From Microthyrium microscopicum (taxonomy: Eukaryota): a DNA stretch of 64,000 nucleotides. The notes under the pieces were generated by a model. That model did no database searches. It was not told the origin of the DNA and was given only the letters and a program-made list of their open reading frames with translations. Below are positions 11,125-23,470 of this stretch, in pieces (positions within the stretch are counted from its first letter, which is position 1; the number at the start of each line of letters is the position of its first letter). The stretch covers positions 127,895 to 191,894 of the forward strand of contig MU004244.1 of assembly GCA_010405405.1 (NCBI GenBank), given 5' to 3'. The position numbers were made by a program, and so were the translations under genes.

Positions 11125-13456
11125 TTAATGATCGATCTTGCTCTTCTTGACGCCTCGCATCGAAAGGCCCTGAGCATCGCTCTCACCATTGACGCTCTTA
11201 TCTTGGTCCCGCTCGCGCTTGCGGCGCAGAGAATTGCCACTAACAATATTGACCTGCGCATTACCCGTATGTGAAGGTTGGATCAGCCAGCTGGGTTGGC
11301 CCATAGATCGCCATTGAGTCATTTGGCCGCCCGTCGGTGCTTGCTGCATTGGGAGTCGAGACATGCCGCCTTGAAGCATTCGTTGGCCTTGAGATATCTG
11401 ATGACCTTGAGGAACGTGACTTCCTGGTAGCTGTCCTTGACTTGCTTGGACCGAAGACCACTGCCCGGGCTGCATTTGCATCTGTACCGACGACATATTC
11501 GCATGATTTGAGGGGTTAGTCGCCAAATTTATACCCATTGGATGGCCACCTTGACCAAAGGCCTGGGAGTATTGCCAGTGTTGCACTTGCACGTAGCGAA
11601 CAGTCTGGGCTTGCTGTTGGTTTGTTTGGACTCGCTGTTGCTGAGCCTGGATATCATGTAGCAACTGCGCATGTTGCTGGAGCTGGATTTGTTGTTGCTG
11701 AGCTAGTGCTTGCTGCCGAACCATTGCTTGCTGCCGAGCAAGTGCTTGCCGCTGCTGGGCCTGCTGCAGTTTCAGAAGCTGAGCCAATCGCTCCCGCTCT
11801 CTACCCAGACGGCGCTCCTCCGCTGCCAAAGGGTGAATCTGCGAATTTGTCGGAATGGCAACAAGGGAAGCAATCTGGCCAGGTCTAATTGTTCTAGTAC
11901 GGCAATGCGTACGCAGCCACAAATAGTTTTTGCGGTCTGCGTGACCCTTGGGAAGGGGTCGACCATGACTGTCGGAGGGCTGAATACCATGTGCGACCCA
12001 CAGATGTTCTAGCATAGCTGAGAAATAGGTTAATTTAAACTCATGGAACAGCATGTACTTTGGTAGACTTACCTTTTTCAGACTTGAAAAATTCAAGTCG
12101 ATCATCTTCCTCCTTCTTTCCCTCGATTCGACGAGCGTTTCCACCACAAACCTGACAATACAGAAGCTGCAGGTCACCGTTGGGTAATTTATGTAAGGGA
12201 AGCTGATTCACCTTCTCGGCACCAAGCAGAGCGGCGGCATCTGGCATGAATACATTGGCTGTAGGAGGACGAGCAGGTCGAGAATTCGGTGGTGTGACTC
12301 CTGGGGGAGGCACATAGATCACTTCACCACGACGACTGAAGCCAAGTACTGCTCGTGGAGGATTGGCAATTTGAGCATTTGCGTTAGAGTTTGGCGCTTG
12401 TATTGATGCAGAGCCAGCGGAAGGAGCTTGCAAGAGTGGAACCGAACCCATGGTTGCAATAGAGTTGGAAGCAACAGTGGGTGCAGGGTAGGGAGGAGCA
12501 GTGGGCGCAGGGTAGGGAGGAACAGTGTGCCCATTGTGTAGTGGACCTGGATGATTGGCGGTCGGCAGCGGAGGACCACGATTACCTAGATGAGTAGGAA
12601 CCGCTGGGTAATGAGAATGAGTATGCGATGGCGGCAAGACATTTTGGAGACGATCGTGGGTGTGGACTACTGAATCAGCCGGCAAAGAATCTTGGCCCTG
12701 CGTCGAGATATCCGCTGCTTGTCGTGGTCTATCTCCATAGTGGGAAAGTACCACATCCGGGCCCGCTTGATTATGCTGCACAGCAACATCGTCGTCAATG
12801 CCTCGATGATCATTGTCATGAAGATCAACCGTAGGATCATGGTGCGCATTACCAGATGGTAGGGTTGAACGATTTACTGTTTCCATATAACCTGAGCCAT
12901 CATAAGCAAAGTCCGGGGCATCAGATGAAGCAGCCTCAGGACTGAGCTTATTAGACGTGTCCGGAGCAGTGAGAGACACTACTGAAGTATCGTTTGCTGT
13001 GGCCACAGAATTTGTTGGATGAATCGAGTCGCTGTCTGAGAGTAGGAAGGTGCGCGATATCGCGGGTGAGGATTGGATCAACTCCTGTTGAGAATCTTCT
13101 CGTTGGGTTCCGTGTTGTGGAGTAGTATCCGAGACTGCCATAAAAGACAGGAAGGGCTCATCGTCTGGTTCTGGCACAGATAGGAAGTTACGATGCCGAG
13201 CTTGCGACAGATCTGAAGGAGTGGGGAAGGGAGATATGGCTTGCGATAGATCTAGAGGATTCGTAGAGGGAGATTGGTCAAGATGAACAGAGTCATTACT
13301 CTCTGAGTCGAATTGGGTTGGTGTGGCCTCGAGTGGTGGTTCATCAAAACTGGTTTGCTCCAGTAATGCCTGCGTTTCTTTGTCAACTTCGAATACGGCG
13401 CCGTCCCGCGTGGCGGCGAGCAGTTGCTCGAGGTTAATCGCGTCAAACTCAGCCAT
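11125..13456 (-). CDS. ~758-aa low-complexity/polyQ protein with atypical zinc-finger-like domain (paralogue B), 2 exons
   Basis: ORFs 12041-13456 and 11125-12177 joined by intron 12072-12018 (GTAAGT...TTAAC...CAG). Spliced length is 2277 nt, in frame. Motif YCQVCGGNA...FFKSEKAMLEHLWVAH; Q-rich tract; C-terminal RRKRER...KKSK (NLS-like). Confidence 0.85.
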
Positions 13457-16127
13457 TGTAGGAGTTATGGCGGTGTGAAGATCTCTTTTAAGACCAGCAC
13501 GGTACGAAAGAGTGATCGCAGCGATCAGGAAGAGATATAGTAGCGCTTATTCAAAATGAAATTGAAACGAATGAGGAGGGCGCGGCGGGAAGATGATCTC
13601 AATGTTGTGAAGGCGTGGTGGTTTTTGATGCTTGAAGTAGAACGGGTTTGTGTTGGATGGAATAGAGGTTAAGGATTGGAGCTCGAGGGATGTGGTTGCT
13701 AGCGGAATAAGAGTGACGGGGCATGAAAAGAGCCCACCTCAGAAAAATCATCTCAATGTCGACGAGGTGGCTTTTGGAAGCACCTAGTCACTTCACGATA
13801 CCTTGGGTGGTAAGAGCCACCTGCTTTCAGCGCAGCTTCTACGAGCTTTGTGGTTTTCACGGTCTTCTCTCGAGACCATAGCAAAAGCTCCAAATGTTGT
13901 GCCATTGATATCAGCGGTTGATTATGAAGATAAGACAGATTTCCCATCATATTGCGCTTCATGCTTTCTTCATTGCATATATCATAGCCCATCGGAGCCT
14001 CAACAATGGCAATTCTCAATTGAAGATTATTTATTTGGCAACACGAGAAGACTATCTTAGATTAGTTTGCTCCGTTTTACCTGATATCATGAGCGGTATC
14101 AGCATTGTGCTCCAGGGAATCTTGGTGCGAGACCATATGCTATGAGGAGAAGCACACTTCATAGACAAACGCCCAAGTCAACTCATATTGGCGAAAAACG
14201 ATGAGATGCCTCGGTTAACAGGACGTGAGCGATTAGAAAGAGGTTGAAGTCGAAGTCACATATGTTATCATCAAGTTGACTGAAAGATGCTTCAAAAAGT
14301 GGCTCACTTTGTTAAGAGCGTTGGATACTCACTTGATCTTAATGTTTGACAAATCGATTACTCTAATATGATGAACGATGGAAAAGACACCCGTAGTCTA
14401 CGATTCATGTACTATTCTAGGCTTTGGGTTACTGGCTGGATTGAATGGTACTTGGCTGAGAGTCTATCCAAAACTTCCGTGGCTGATCGATAAAAAAATC
14501 GGCGAATTGGATCTTATGTTACAAGTTACACAATGAGGTGGAGTTGAGAGCCACGTGAAGTACATCCGGCTTCGTCACTTTTTGATAGCTCGAAACCACC
14601 ACATGCTGCAATTACGAGTACCCAGATCTTTGCTGTTTTCACGATACGAGATGTTCAGATTCAGAACACCACGGCGTCTACTAGACCACTAGTCCATTGA
14701 TTTGGAGCGAATTTAAACCCGTCCAATGAAGGGCACAAAATATAATGCGAATCATTGCTTGTTGTTAGTTTGAATATTTGCCATCTTCGTATTTCCCATA
14801 AGAGCCAAAGCAGCCCAATTTTTGACATGGGTTTAAAACCTCCAAGCGACATATTTCTCTACTTAAAGTGCAGTGCCATCGTCTCAGGCCCCATGCCAAA
14901 CGCTTGGATTCAGAGGCCAATCAATGAGGTTGAGTTCCAACTCCAAAATTGCTTCCAATATTATTCAGAATTTCTTTTGGAATAGAGAGTCTTTTTCAAA
15001 TCGGAGAATATAGCGCACAAATTAAGTGCAAGCCGTTACTTCGTAAACAATGAAGCTGTGTTTCTCAGCCTTGTGCAAGAATACATGAGGTAGGTTCTAT
15101 GAGGCTGAGAATGCAAGGATGCGATTGGCTCATTAAAACAAGGCCGAATACATGTTGCAGACCTGCCAACGGGATTCTCCTATTCCCCCTCTCAAAAATA
15201 TGTATATGCAACTTTTAGTATGATTGGCTTACGGCCAGCGCCTTAATAGGTTGAACTGGGTGAAACTAAATATTGCCATACGTTAAGTCTGATGGAGACT
15301 TGATGAGACTTGATGGCTTGTCTTTAAGCCAATTAAGCCTCTGGATTTTCATTTCACATTTTAGGGGAGATATAACAGAACTTCGATGGCATTGTATCGT
15401 TTCGGATGCACTGAGTCGTGCGCACTCTACGAAGGATTATATCCATCAGTTTCTACGCACAATATAACACACAATAAAAAAGTTGATTAAAAAATATCGC
15501 ATACTCTTTCTCAGAAAGGTGGATGCAGCGGTTGCCGCTCACAGAACCATGTCATTCCGTTGCATGCTAGAAAGAAATATTTCCCTCGTGCTGTTCAGCT
15601 TGATTGATGGCCACGAATGAAGGAACTAGGCTGGTCAAAGAAATGTCTTTCAAAGCTCTGTGTTCGTCTTTTTGGCATTTCTGAGGGTTTTATACACTTT
15701 CCAGAAGGCGAACTTAAGGTACTAAGCTATGGTATAAACACTTGGATGAAATCACTATGAGACATTTTCAATCTTAGTTGAATGACAAATCATCTGAATC
15801 GGGTTGAAAAAATTGAAATCCTTCGTCAAGTTCCCTTATTCACTAGTACTTACTATTGAATCTTGAAAATGCAGTTTCGCAGAACAAGCATTGGACCTCT
15901 TTGAATTGAAATCAAGCACCATAAGATAAGACTTCGAAGCAACTCAACAAGAAAACGTACCTACGCCCTGGTCTAGATTCCACCCTGGGATCTTTCAATG
16001 ACACCAGTTTGACGTCATTCGTGAGACTTGACATATTGCATTTTTGAGACTTCTTTATCAACTCCCATATCTTCTCCTAAGTAAACTGTCAACCTATAAA
16101 GCAAAAAACTCCCACACGCTTCCAAAC

Positions 16128-16845
16128 ATGAACGAAAACTCAACTTCCAACAACGCCGCAGGCGCCCCAGAAAGTCTTACGAACAAAACACTTGAAACAG
16201 CAGCCTCACTGACCCAAGATCTCGCGCCCGTCAAACGAATATGCGCCCATCTCAATGCATTCCACGCCTACGCCTCTGATACCAGTCGGTTCGTCGAAGC
16301 CAACCACTACTGTAGCCACATCAATGAAGGTCCTACACCCCATTTTCTCTCTCACCTACGACCACTAACACCATGCAGATATGCGCCAATGCATAATCTA
16401 CGACTCCCCAGACGCCAACGCCCGCTTAATCGGCATCGAATACATGATCTCACCCCGCCTCTACAACGACCTGCCCCAAGATGAGCGCAAACTATGGCAT
16501 TCCCACGTCTTTGAAGTGAAAAGTGGCATGCTCATCATGCCCAAACCTGCGGCAATTCCGGAAATTGTTTGGGAAGCGCCAGAGGGTAAGGAGATGGAGG
16601 ACGTTGTTACGTGGTATGGCAAGGTGTATCACCTTTGGCAGGTCGATAGGGGTGATAAAGTGCCGTTGGGAGAACCGCAGTTGATGACGAGCTTTACGAA
16701 TGATAGTCACTTTCCGCAATTTGAGAAGGAGTTGAGGGATAGGGATGCGAGATTTGGTAGTGACTTTAAAGTCAAGAAAGAGGCTAGGAAGGGGATTGAG
16801 GTGCCGGAGATTCATGGGGATGCTGATCAGGCTTGGAAGGCGTGA
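16128..16845 (+). CDS. DUF1264 / oil-body-associated protein-like
   Basis: Motifs [66 protein letters not shown]. One intron 16330-16378 joins ORFs 16044-16484 and 16381-16845 in frame. Confidence 0.9.
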
Positions 16846-16955
16846 TTTCATGCATTTGAGACTCAAAAAGAACGAATTTGAAATTTTAGTGACATGTTCT
16901 ACATAGCAACCATTCCCAGATAAATCGCATCTTACAAGCCGTCAGCCAGACGTTC

Positions 16956-17982
16956 CTAGAGCCACTCTTTTGTTCCAAAATGAGACACAAAAGCACCACC
17001 AAACTCCTTAACCGTCGCCCTTTCCACCAACTTCATGACATGCTCCACCGAATCTTTCGTACTAATAGGTCCAGCAAATTCAGGTTTATATTTCGCAAAC
17101 GCACCAATCATTGGAGCCAGCTTCTCCAACTGCTCTGGAGTTGCTATTGAACTGTCAGCACACAGGCTTGCCAAAAAGAAAATAGATGAGAATCTTACGA
17201 GTCTTTCCTTCACTACTATCGACCAAACCCGGACTAATCGACATGAAAAGAATGCCCTCAGACCCAAACGCAGCGTTATATTTAGCTACCAGGGCGTTGG
17301 TGGCTGCTTTGCTGATTGAGTAAGGGGCGCCCAGGCCGAGGGAGAGTGAGTTGATCAGATCTGTTCGGGAGTTAGCAACTGCAAGATCTGGTAGGTTGAT
17401 CGATGGCGGAGAAAAACGCACCTATGTCTGCCATCCCTGACGAAATAGTAATAATTTTCTTCACCGTACTCTTCTTGATCAAAGGAAGAAAGGCGGTGAC
17501 CGTGTTAGCCACACCAATTACGTTGGTTTGGAATGCATCAGATAATTCCTTGTTCAACTCTTCAGCATTGTTCTCGCTATCCTCAACGTTAACATTACTC
17601 ATAATTCTGGTTGGTGGAGTCGGACGGACATACTAATGAGTTAAATCAACATAGCCAGAAGCCGTTGAAACAGAAGCTGCATTATTTATCAAGTAGTCGA
17701 GATTGCCTCCAGTTAGTTTAGCAACTTCTGCAGCGGATTTTTGCAGAGCTGGGAAATCGGTGATGTCGGCTTCGTAGATTGTGACGTTGGTAATGCCGTC
17801 TTTTGCTAATCGTTCGTCTGTGGCAACTTTGTTGCGAACTAAACCTATGACGGTGTTGGATTTATCTTGGGCTAATTGGCGGGCAAACTCGTACTACGAG
17901 AGGTTAAAGGGATTTCTTGAATGTTGTTTACAATGCTTACGCCAATGCCGCGAGAGGTTCCAGTGATTAAGTAGGACGGCAT
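16956..17982 (-). CDS. Short-chain dehydrogenase/reductase (C-factor/CsgA-like), multi-exon
   Basis: N-terminal MPSYLITGTSRGIG (TGxxxGxG), LINNAA, FQTNVIG, KIITISSG, catalytic PYSISKAA (YxxxK), SISPGLVD, C-terminal GAFVSHFGTKEWL. Several canonical short introns. Confidence 0.92.
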
Positions 17983-18498
17983 TGTTGGAACGTGATGTGG
18001 AAATATTGGTATGGAGTATGTTGTATGAAGATGCTGCTTTAGTAATTGATGATAATGAGAGATGGGAGCAGAGACGAGAGTATTTATATGTTGGTCACTA
18101 CAACCTCGTATCTCCATTCTGGACCGTTAATTTGATAGGAGCTGGCTTTGTAAGAGCGCTTCATAATGGCTGAGAGACATGGCAAGTATCAGCGAGCCAA
18201 TCTGAATGCTCATTAGCAATCAAGCTCTTTGACTGATTGGACACTCGCACTGCTCCATATAACTTAAATGTATAGTCCAAAGTATAATTCGAACATTTCC
18301 AATCAACCTCAAGACTGGCAACTTTCTCCGATGCTAACCTCTTCGGGTAAGTGCAATATCTTGACAATGTTGTACTTGAGTTGCAATCACCAGTTCCGAA
18401 CTTCTACATGTCCTTCTGAAATCTCCAGGACAACTGCATCTCCACGCAAGGCAAATAGCCGGGTGGTTCTTGGGGGTTTTTATACTTCATTTTATCAT

Positions 18499-20221
18499 TC
18501 AAGCAAAACATGGCAGATTGCCATATGTATTCATGATCGCATCGAATTTCTCCACATAATTTAGTGCCTTTTCAGGATCTAAGTCATCTTGCGCCCAAGA
18601 AGCCTCTATGATCTGCTGGGTGAGAGCGAAGTTTCCAATCTTACGGGACTCTCGCGTGCGACGCAGAATATCGAGTATCAGCAATCGTTCCTCGTCAGAG
18701 CGTGCTTCACATCCGATTATAAGCAAGGGGAAAGCTCGTTCACATGTGTCCAGGTCTGCAAGTATGTTAAAGCCAGCTTCAATATCACATTGGGCTCTGG
18801 GTGAAACGAATGCGTGGTTGCGGCATGCACCGTTAAGATAGATCAAGCCAGCTAGACGGTAAAGCTCTGCGATTTTGGTGGCGGCATTTTCGATAGGGAA
18901 TGCCTCTGAACTTTCGTCAACGGAAACATACTGCTTCACGAACTGTAATTTCCTTTCGAGTTGGTCGATCTTCATTAAACGCTCGAAAGAACTGAGCCCC
19001 GAGCCGTGCGCTTTGGGTTGTGCAAGTTCGCTGATGCCGGCAATTGCTTCTAGCACTGCCGCAGAGCATCCTGCTGAGCTTATAATCTATAAAATGTCAG
19101 TTTGCCTTCCAAGCAGTTGAGGGTCGGGTTGTATACCTTGGAGGAATCACCAGATAATCGCACTGCTTGCTTGACTTGGGCATCGCTCACGCATTCCCGC
19201 ATGCCAGGGGTACTTCGAGCCCAGTGAAGAGCGCTGAACCTGGAAAGCGTGTCGTGATAGAATAACCAGTCCAGTATAATGCGCGCGTCTCCTTCATATG
19301 CTCGATCCGGAGAGAAGACCTGGTTACCTGCTTGCTTTGCGCTACAGATATACACTGCCCAATTATAGCTTATTCCTGAAGATTCATACATCTATATGAA
19401 GTTAGAGGAGGCACTTTAGGCCTGAGGCACGCTTATACGTACTTCGAAAAGGCCGAGAAGCAATCCAGCAGCAATATGTTGGAGTTGATCTCTGGCGCTC
19501 AGGGGAGTTTCTATGGAGTCAAGAAGGGCTTGGGTGGCTTTCCTTCTGAAAATGGATGCGGTCTCGAACCCGTAGAGATTTATAGCGGTCAGAGCATACA
19601 GAGCCTGGCGGACGGCTACGGATGAGAGCGAGTTATCGGTAAAAGACATGGAAATAAGCAAGCCTTTGAATTTTTCGTCGTCTAGAAGTGTAAGCGTTGC
19701 TGCAATTGATCGTTCATCTACGAGGTCAAATTAGATAGAACAGAATTGTCACTAAGAATACAGTCTTACAATGCGATACAAGTGTGCTATTGAATCCATC
19801 GGTTCCTGAAGGAATCCAGGACATTGATTGAGGAACCGATTTCGGATTTCTCAAGGTATTCCGGGTTGCCCATTTCAGGACCTTGTAGTAGTCTTCAGAG
19901 TTCGGTGCATTAGATACAAGCTTTAAGTAGAGCTGTATATCTGAAGATCTGACGCGAAGGAAGTGAACGCCCGATTTTCTCCGCGACGATGTGAATGTAT
20001 CATGCTGTTTTTCATGCAGCACTATACTTCTACGAGCATCTCCAGCCTGTGGCCAAGATAGCTGTATGCCGTATTGACAAGCCTTGCCAACTTTGACGCA
20101 GTTTGAGCATGTTGGAGTTTTGAAGTCGCAACGAACTTTTCTACCTTGCCATTGAGTCAGCACACTGTCGGCAAGAGGGTTCTGTAGGCGCACTTTTACA
20201 TGTCCAGCAAGCTTTACCCAT
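18499..20221 (-). CDS. Zn(II)2Cys6 transcription factor with fungal-specific TF (Fungal_trans_2-type) domain
   Basis: Spliced N-terminus MGKACWTCK/SRKVRCDFKTPTCSNCVKVGKAC (six Cys), then LSWP. Later exons carry LDWLFYHDTLSRFS, AELYRLAGLIYL, FPLLIIGCEARSDEER and WAQDDL. Confidence 0.92.
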
Positions 20222-20672
20222 TATCTAGCACTGGAACACCGTCTGGTGAGGCCAGCACTAGTGTTAGAGGAGAAAGCAAATGAAGATGGTCTTGGAAGCA
20301 GTAAGCATGATTGATTAGTCAGCCAATTTCCTCGTTTCATGCCAAGCCTCTGTCTAACTCCATCCTCTCTTGTCCAGTTCGGACTCAGTTTCTTCGTCCG
20401 CAATATACTCCTTCATCGCAGATATGCTGCTTCTTAATCATTGACTGCTGCCTCATGTCTGTCGCGGCACTGATGCAGCCTATCCTGCCTCAGTCATCCG
20501 TCCCGTAAGAGGACGCAACAAGCCCCGACCTTGCCCTCCCGTCCGGCATCTTGGCCATTAGTCCTGGCGCTTCTGAGATCTCATACATGTTGAGCTTCTG
20601 AGGCTGAGATTGAGGCCTTGGACTCTACCGATGAATCGCACTGGCCTTGTCGTGCTGTGCTACATACTACTT

Positions 20673-22433
20673 TCAACCGGTTCCATTTCTTCTTTCGATG
20701 TAATTCCGGTCGCGTTGTAATTTGGATAACTTTGTTGCGATCTGCTCTCTGGCATCCATCTCGTTATGATCAATTGACGCAGCCATCTCAGGGACCCCAG
20801 AAGCAGTCAATTCGTGAAGAGAAGTGGGGGAAACCTCATGAAGAGTGGGACTAAGCTGTTCACTGCTCGGGGAAGCGGGTAGTTCATGAATGACCGTCTC
20901 GCGCAAATCGATGAGATCGCCAATCTTTTCGCGGGTCTCCGCATCATGCTCTGATTGTTCCTGCTCAGCAGAATGCGGTGTCGACTCTGTCGCTTGTTTC
21001 CGCGACTTTTGCTTGCGTCTCATGCAGAAGATTATCAGGCCGGCAGCAATGGCAACCCCTAGGATTGTCCCTACCACTGCAGAGGCTATTTCAGCTCCTG
21101 ATATCTGTTTATTAGGACCACTCGAGGCATTCTTCGCAATAAACAGTTTCTGTACATCCGGATGTGCCCACTTGGTAGGAGTTGCCCTGGCAGAGATTGC
21201 AGCGACTACAAAGTCCGGCGGTGTGTAAGTCGTCAACTTCGGATCAAATGAATCTACTGCAGCTTGTTTATTAACGTCGTAAATATACGCAATGCTTCCA
21301 TAGTCCTCGCCACCTCTTCCCGTGAAGTTCTGGCGTCCGCCAATAACAAATATCTGCGAGCCAACACGCTGGCAGCTAACGGACATGCGAGTTCGAGCTG
21401 GAGCGGCAGTGAACCACTGGAACGAAGGAATTGACAGAACCGACACGGTATCGAGAACCTTGGTAGTCTTGTAATTCGCGCCTCCAATTGTCCAGATCTG
21501 CCATGACTTTGTAGCTTTATCATACACTGTTGATGCGCAGAATTCGGTCCGTGGAGTGGCTTTGCCGGAAGTGTTCTGACGGTGCCATTTATTGTTGGCT
21601 ATATCGTAAATCCAAACATAGTCCCAGCTATTGACGTTGAGACCGTCAACGGAATCAACTGCAGGGCTCGACGGCGTTTCGCCGCCAAAATACACGAGCA
21701 CACCGCCTCCAGATGTCGGAATATATGATACCGTACCAAACTGCGAGGGCAGAAATGGCGCATCCACCATACTAGGATTGTTCGTATTCGTGTCGAATGA
21801 TAACATGCTTGTTGCAAAACGATATAGCCCGTCGTCAGGCACGTCCTCCGTTGTCTCCTTCGACTGGTATCCTCCAAGGAAGAACCCTTTGTGCAGCTCC
21901 GGCACGTTTATCGACGCACCGTCCGTCAGTCGCTGCATACTGAGTAATGTCGAAACAACGGACCATCGATTGTTTTGAACATCATATTGATAGAAATCAT
22001 TGCCTTTGGGTGCCGATTTTCCGGGGAATTGGCCACCATAGCTGAATAGGGTTGTGTTGGACGAGTTTTCCCACATTACGCCTCCCTTGAACTTGTGGAT
22101 CTCGGCAGGGAGGGAGGTTAATCTCCAGTTCGTGCCATCGGTGAGGTCGAAAGGGGCACTGAGGTTTGTGTCGACCATGTAGACGCGAGTGTTGTTCCCA
22201 TCGCCGCGAACTGCACCTCCGTCGAGACCAAGCATGAGAAGCTTGTCGTTCGTGACGATGGAAGAGAAGGTCCACGATCGGCAGAATCCATAGCTAAGTG
22301 CGTTCAGAGACTGGTTGGTGGGAAAGGTTGGAAATTTGGGGTTTCTATCGCACCACTCTTGGGTGGTCAATTGAGAGGCGGTGGGTAACAGCAGGCTGTG
22401 CCATATTAGGCCACGAGAGAGGCGCATTCTCAT
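20673..22433 (-). CDS. Kelch/beta-propeller type I single-pass membrane protein
   Basis: Intronless 586-aa ORF. N-terminal hydrophobic leader; kelch-like GG motifs (FSYGG, FFLGG, VYFGG, WTIGG, FVIGG); VLSIPSFQW; TM helix IASAVVGTILGVAIAAGLIIFC followed by RRKQK. Confidence 0.88.
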   Translation of the reverse strand: MRMRLSRGLIWHSLLLPTASQLTTQEWCDRNPKFPTFPTNQSLNALSYGFCRSWTFSSIVTNDKLLMLGLDGGAVRGDGNNTRVYMVDTNLSAPFDLTDGTNWRLTSLPAEIHKFKGGVMWENSSNTTLFSYGGQFPGKSAPKGNDFYQYDVQNNRWSVVSTLLSMQRLTDGASINVPELHKGFFLGGYQSKETTEDVPDDGLYRFATSMLSFDTNTNNPSMVDAPFLPSQFGTVSYIPTSGGGVLVYFGGETPSSPAVDSVDGLNVNSWDYVWIYDIANNKWHRQNTSGKATPRTEFCASTVYDKATKSWQIWTIGGANYKTTKVLDTVSVLSIPSFQWFTAAPARTRMSVSCQRVGSQIFVIGGRQNFTGRGGEDYGSIAYIYDVNKQAAVDSFDPKLTTYTPPDFVVAAISARATPTKWAHPDVQKLFIAKNASSGPNKQISGAEIASAVVGTILGVAIAAGLIIFCMRRKQKSRKQATESTPHSAEQEQSEHDAETREKIGDLIDLRETVIHELPASPSSEQLSPTLHEVSPTSLHELTASGVPEMAASIDHNEMDAREQIATKLSKLQRDRNYIERRNGTG

Positions 22434-23470
22434 ATGTTAAACATTCGCCGAGACTCGGGCTAGTGGTATGCTGTCTTTGTAGCTTCAGTGCAGCAGGCCT
22501 TGACGAAGAATGGGGCCGCCAAGGGAGTTTTATTAGTTCACTGAAGTCTCGCCGCCCAAGACGTTGTAGCATCCTGAAATAGACTCCATGTCAACTGCCA
22601 TGCATGAAAGCGATATCCAGGGCATGTTATTAAGACAATCGGATGTCATATTACAATTGGCCAACCGCATCACAATGCCAGCAGCTCAACTTAACGTACG
22701 ACCTTACGGGTTGGAGGCTTGAGAGCGATGGTTCTCAATCCTATGGGTAGATAGATGAAACATGGATCAACAGACATCATGGCGCGACGAGGGAATCCAA
22801 ACAGGAGCAGAAGAATACCTGCCTTACTGCACAGCGACAGAGACGGCTTAGCCTGTCTATACACATCTGAAGCGGCCACCCAATGGGCCTCAGGATTCGA
22901 ATAGGAAACGACATACTATAGATTAATCACATACCTGGTCAGAATCTAGTGCTCAAACATAGCTCAGTCTCGCAGTCTGTATTTAACTAGAATTCCAGTG
23001 GTTAAAGAGTGACCTTACTCTGAGACGACCTGTCTTCGAAAAAAGTCGTCTTGCCAGTACTACCAAGATCTCGAAAGACAATCATGATATCGACAAGAAA
23101 ACATTTCTACAAATTCAACAACGAATGGGCTTGGGTAGTTCCAGATTCGTGTTTCCTTCAAATCTACTTCATCCGAAACTGGAAGGATTCGTAGGATTCC
23201 ACCCTTGCAATGCCTACAAGTTAATGGATGCTTTCGCTAATATCCATACCTGATTGCTTGGATTGTGCATTAGATGATTGTTTTACACATTTATTTTATG
23301 TTTAGCCATAGATTCTATCTCTGCTTGCGATACGTGTAATTAAAATTTACAACCAACATACTGGCCGGTTGATCCCACCAAAATGGACTCAGATGTGGGA
23401 AAGCAGGTAATACAACACCCGCCATAGTTCATTTCTCCAGCTACTCCCACGAAAGCCAGTCAAAGGCATG

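Noticed and set aside
14580..14700. tRNA-like start on the minus strand (GGACTAGTGGTCTAGTAG) with a T-arm-like GGTGGTTTCGAGCTATC
   Set aside because: No pairing acceptor stem and a non-canonical T loop; no cloverleaf can be built.
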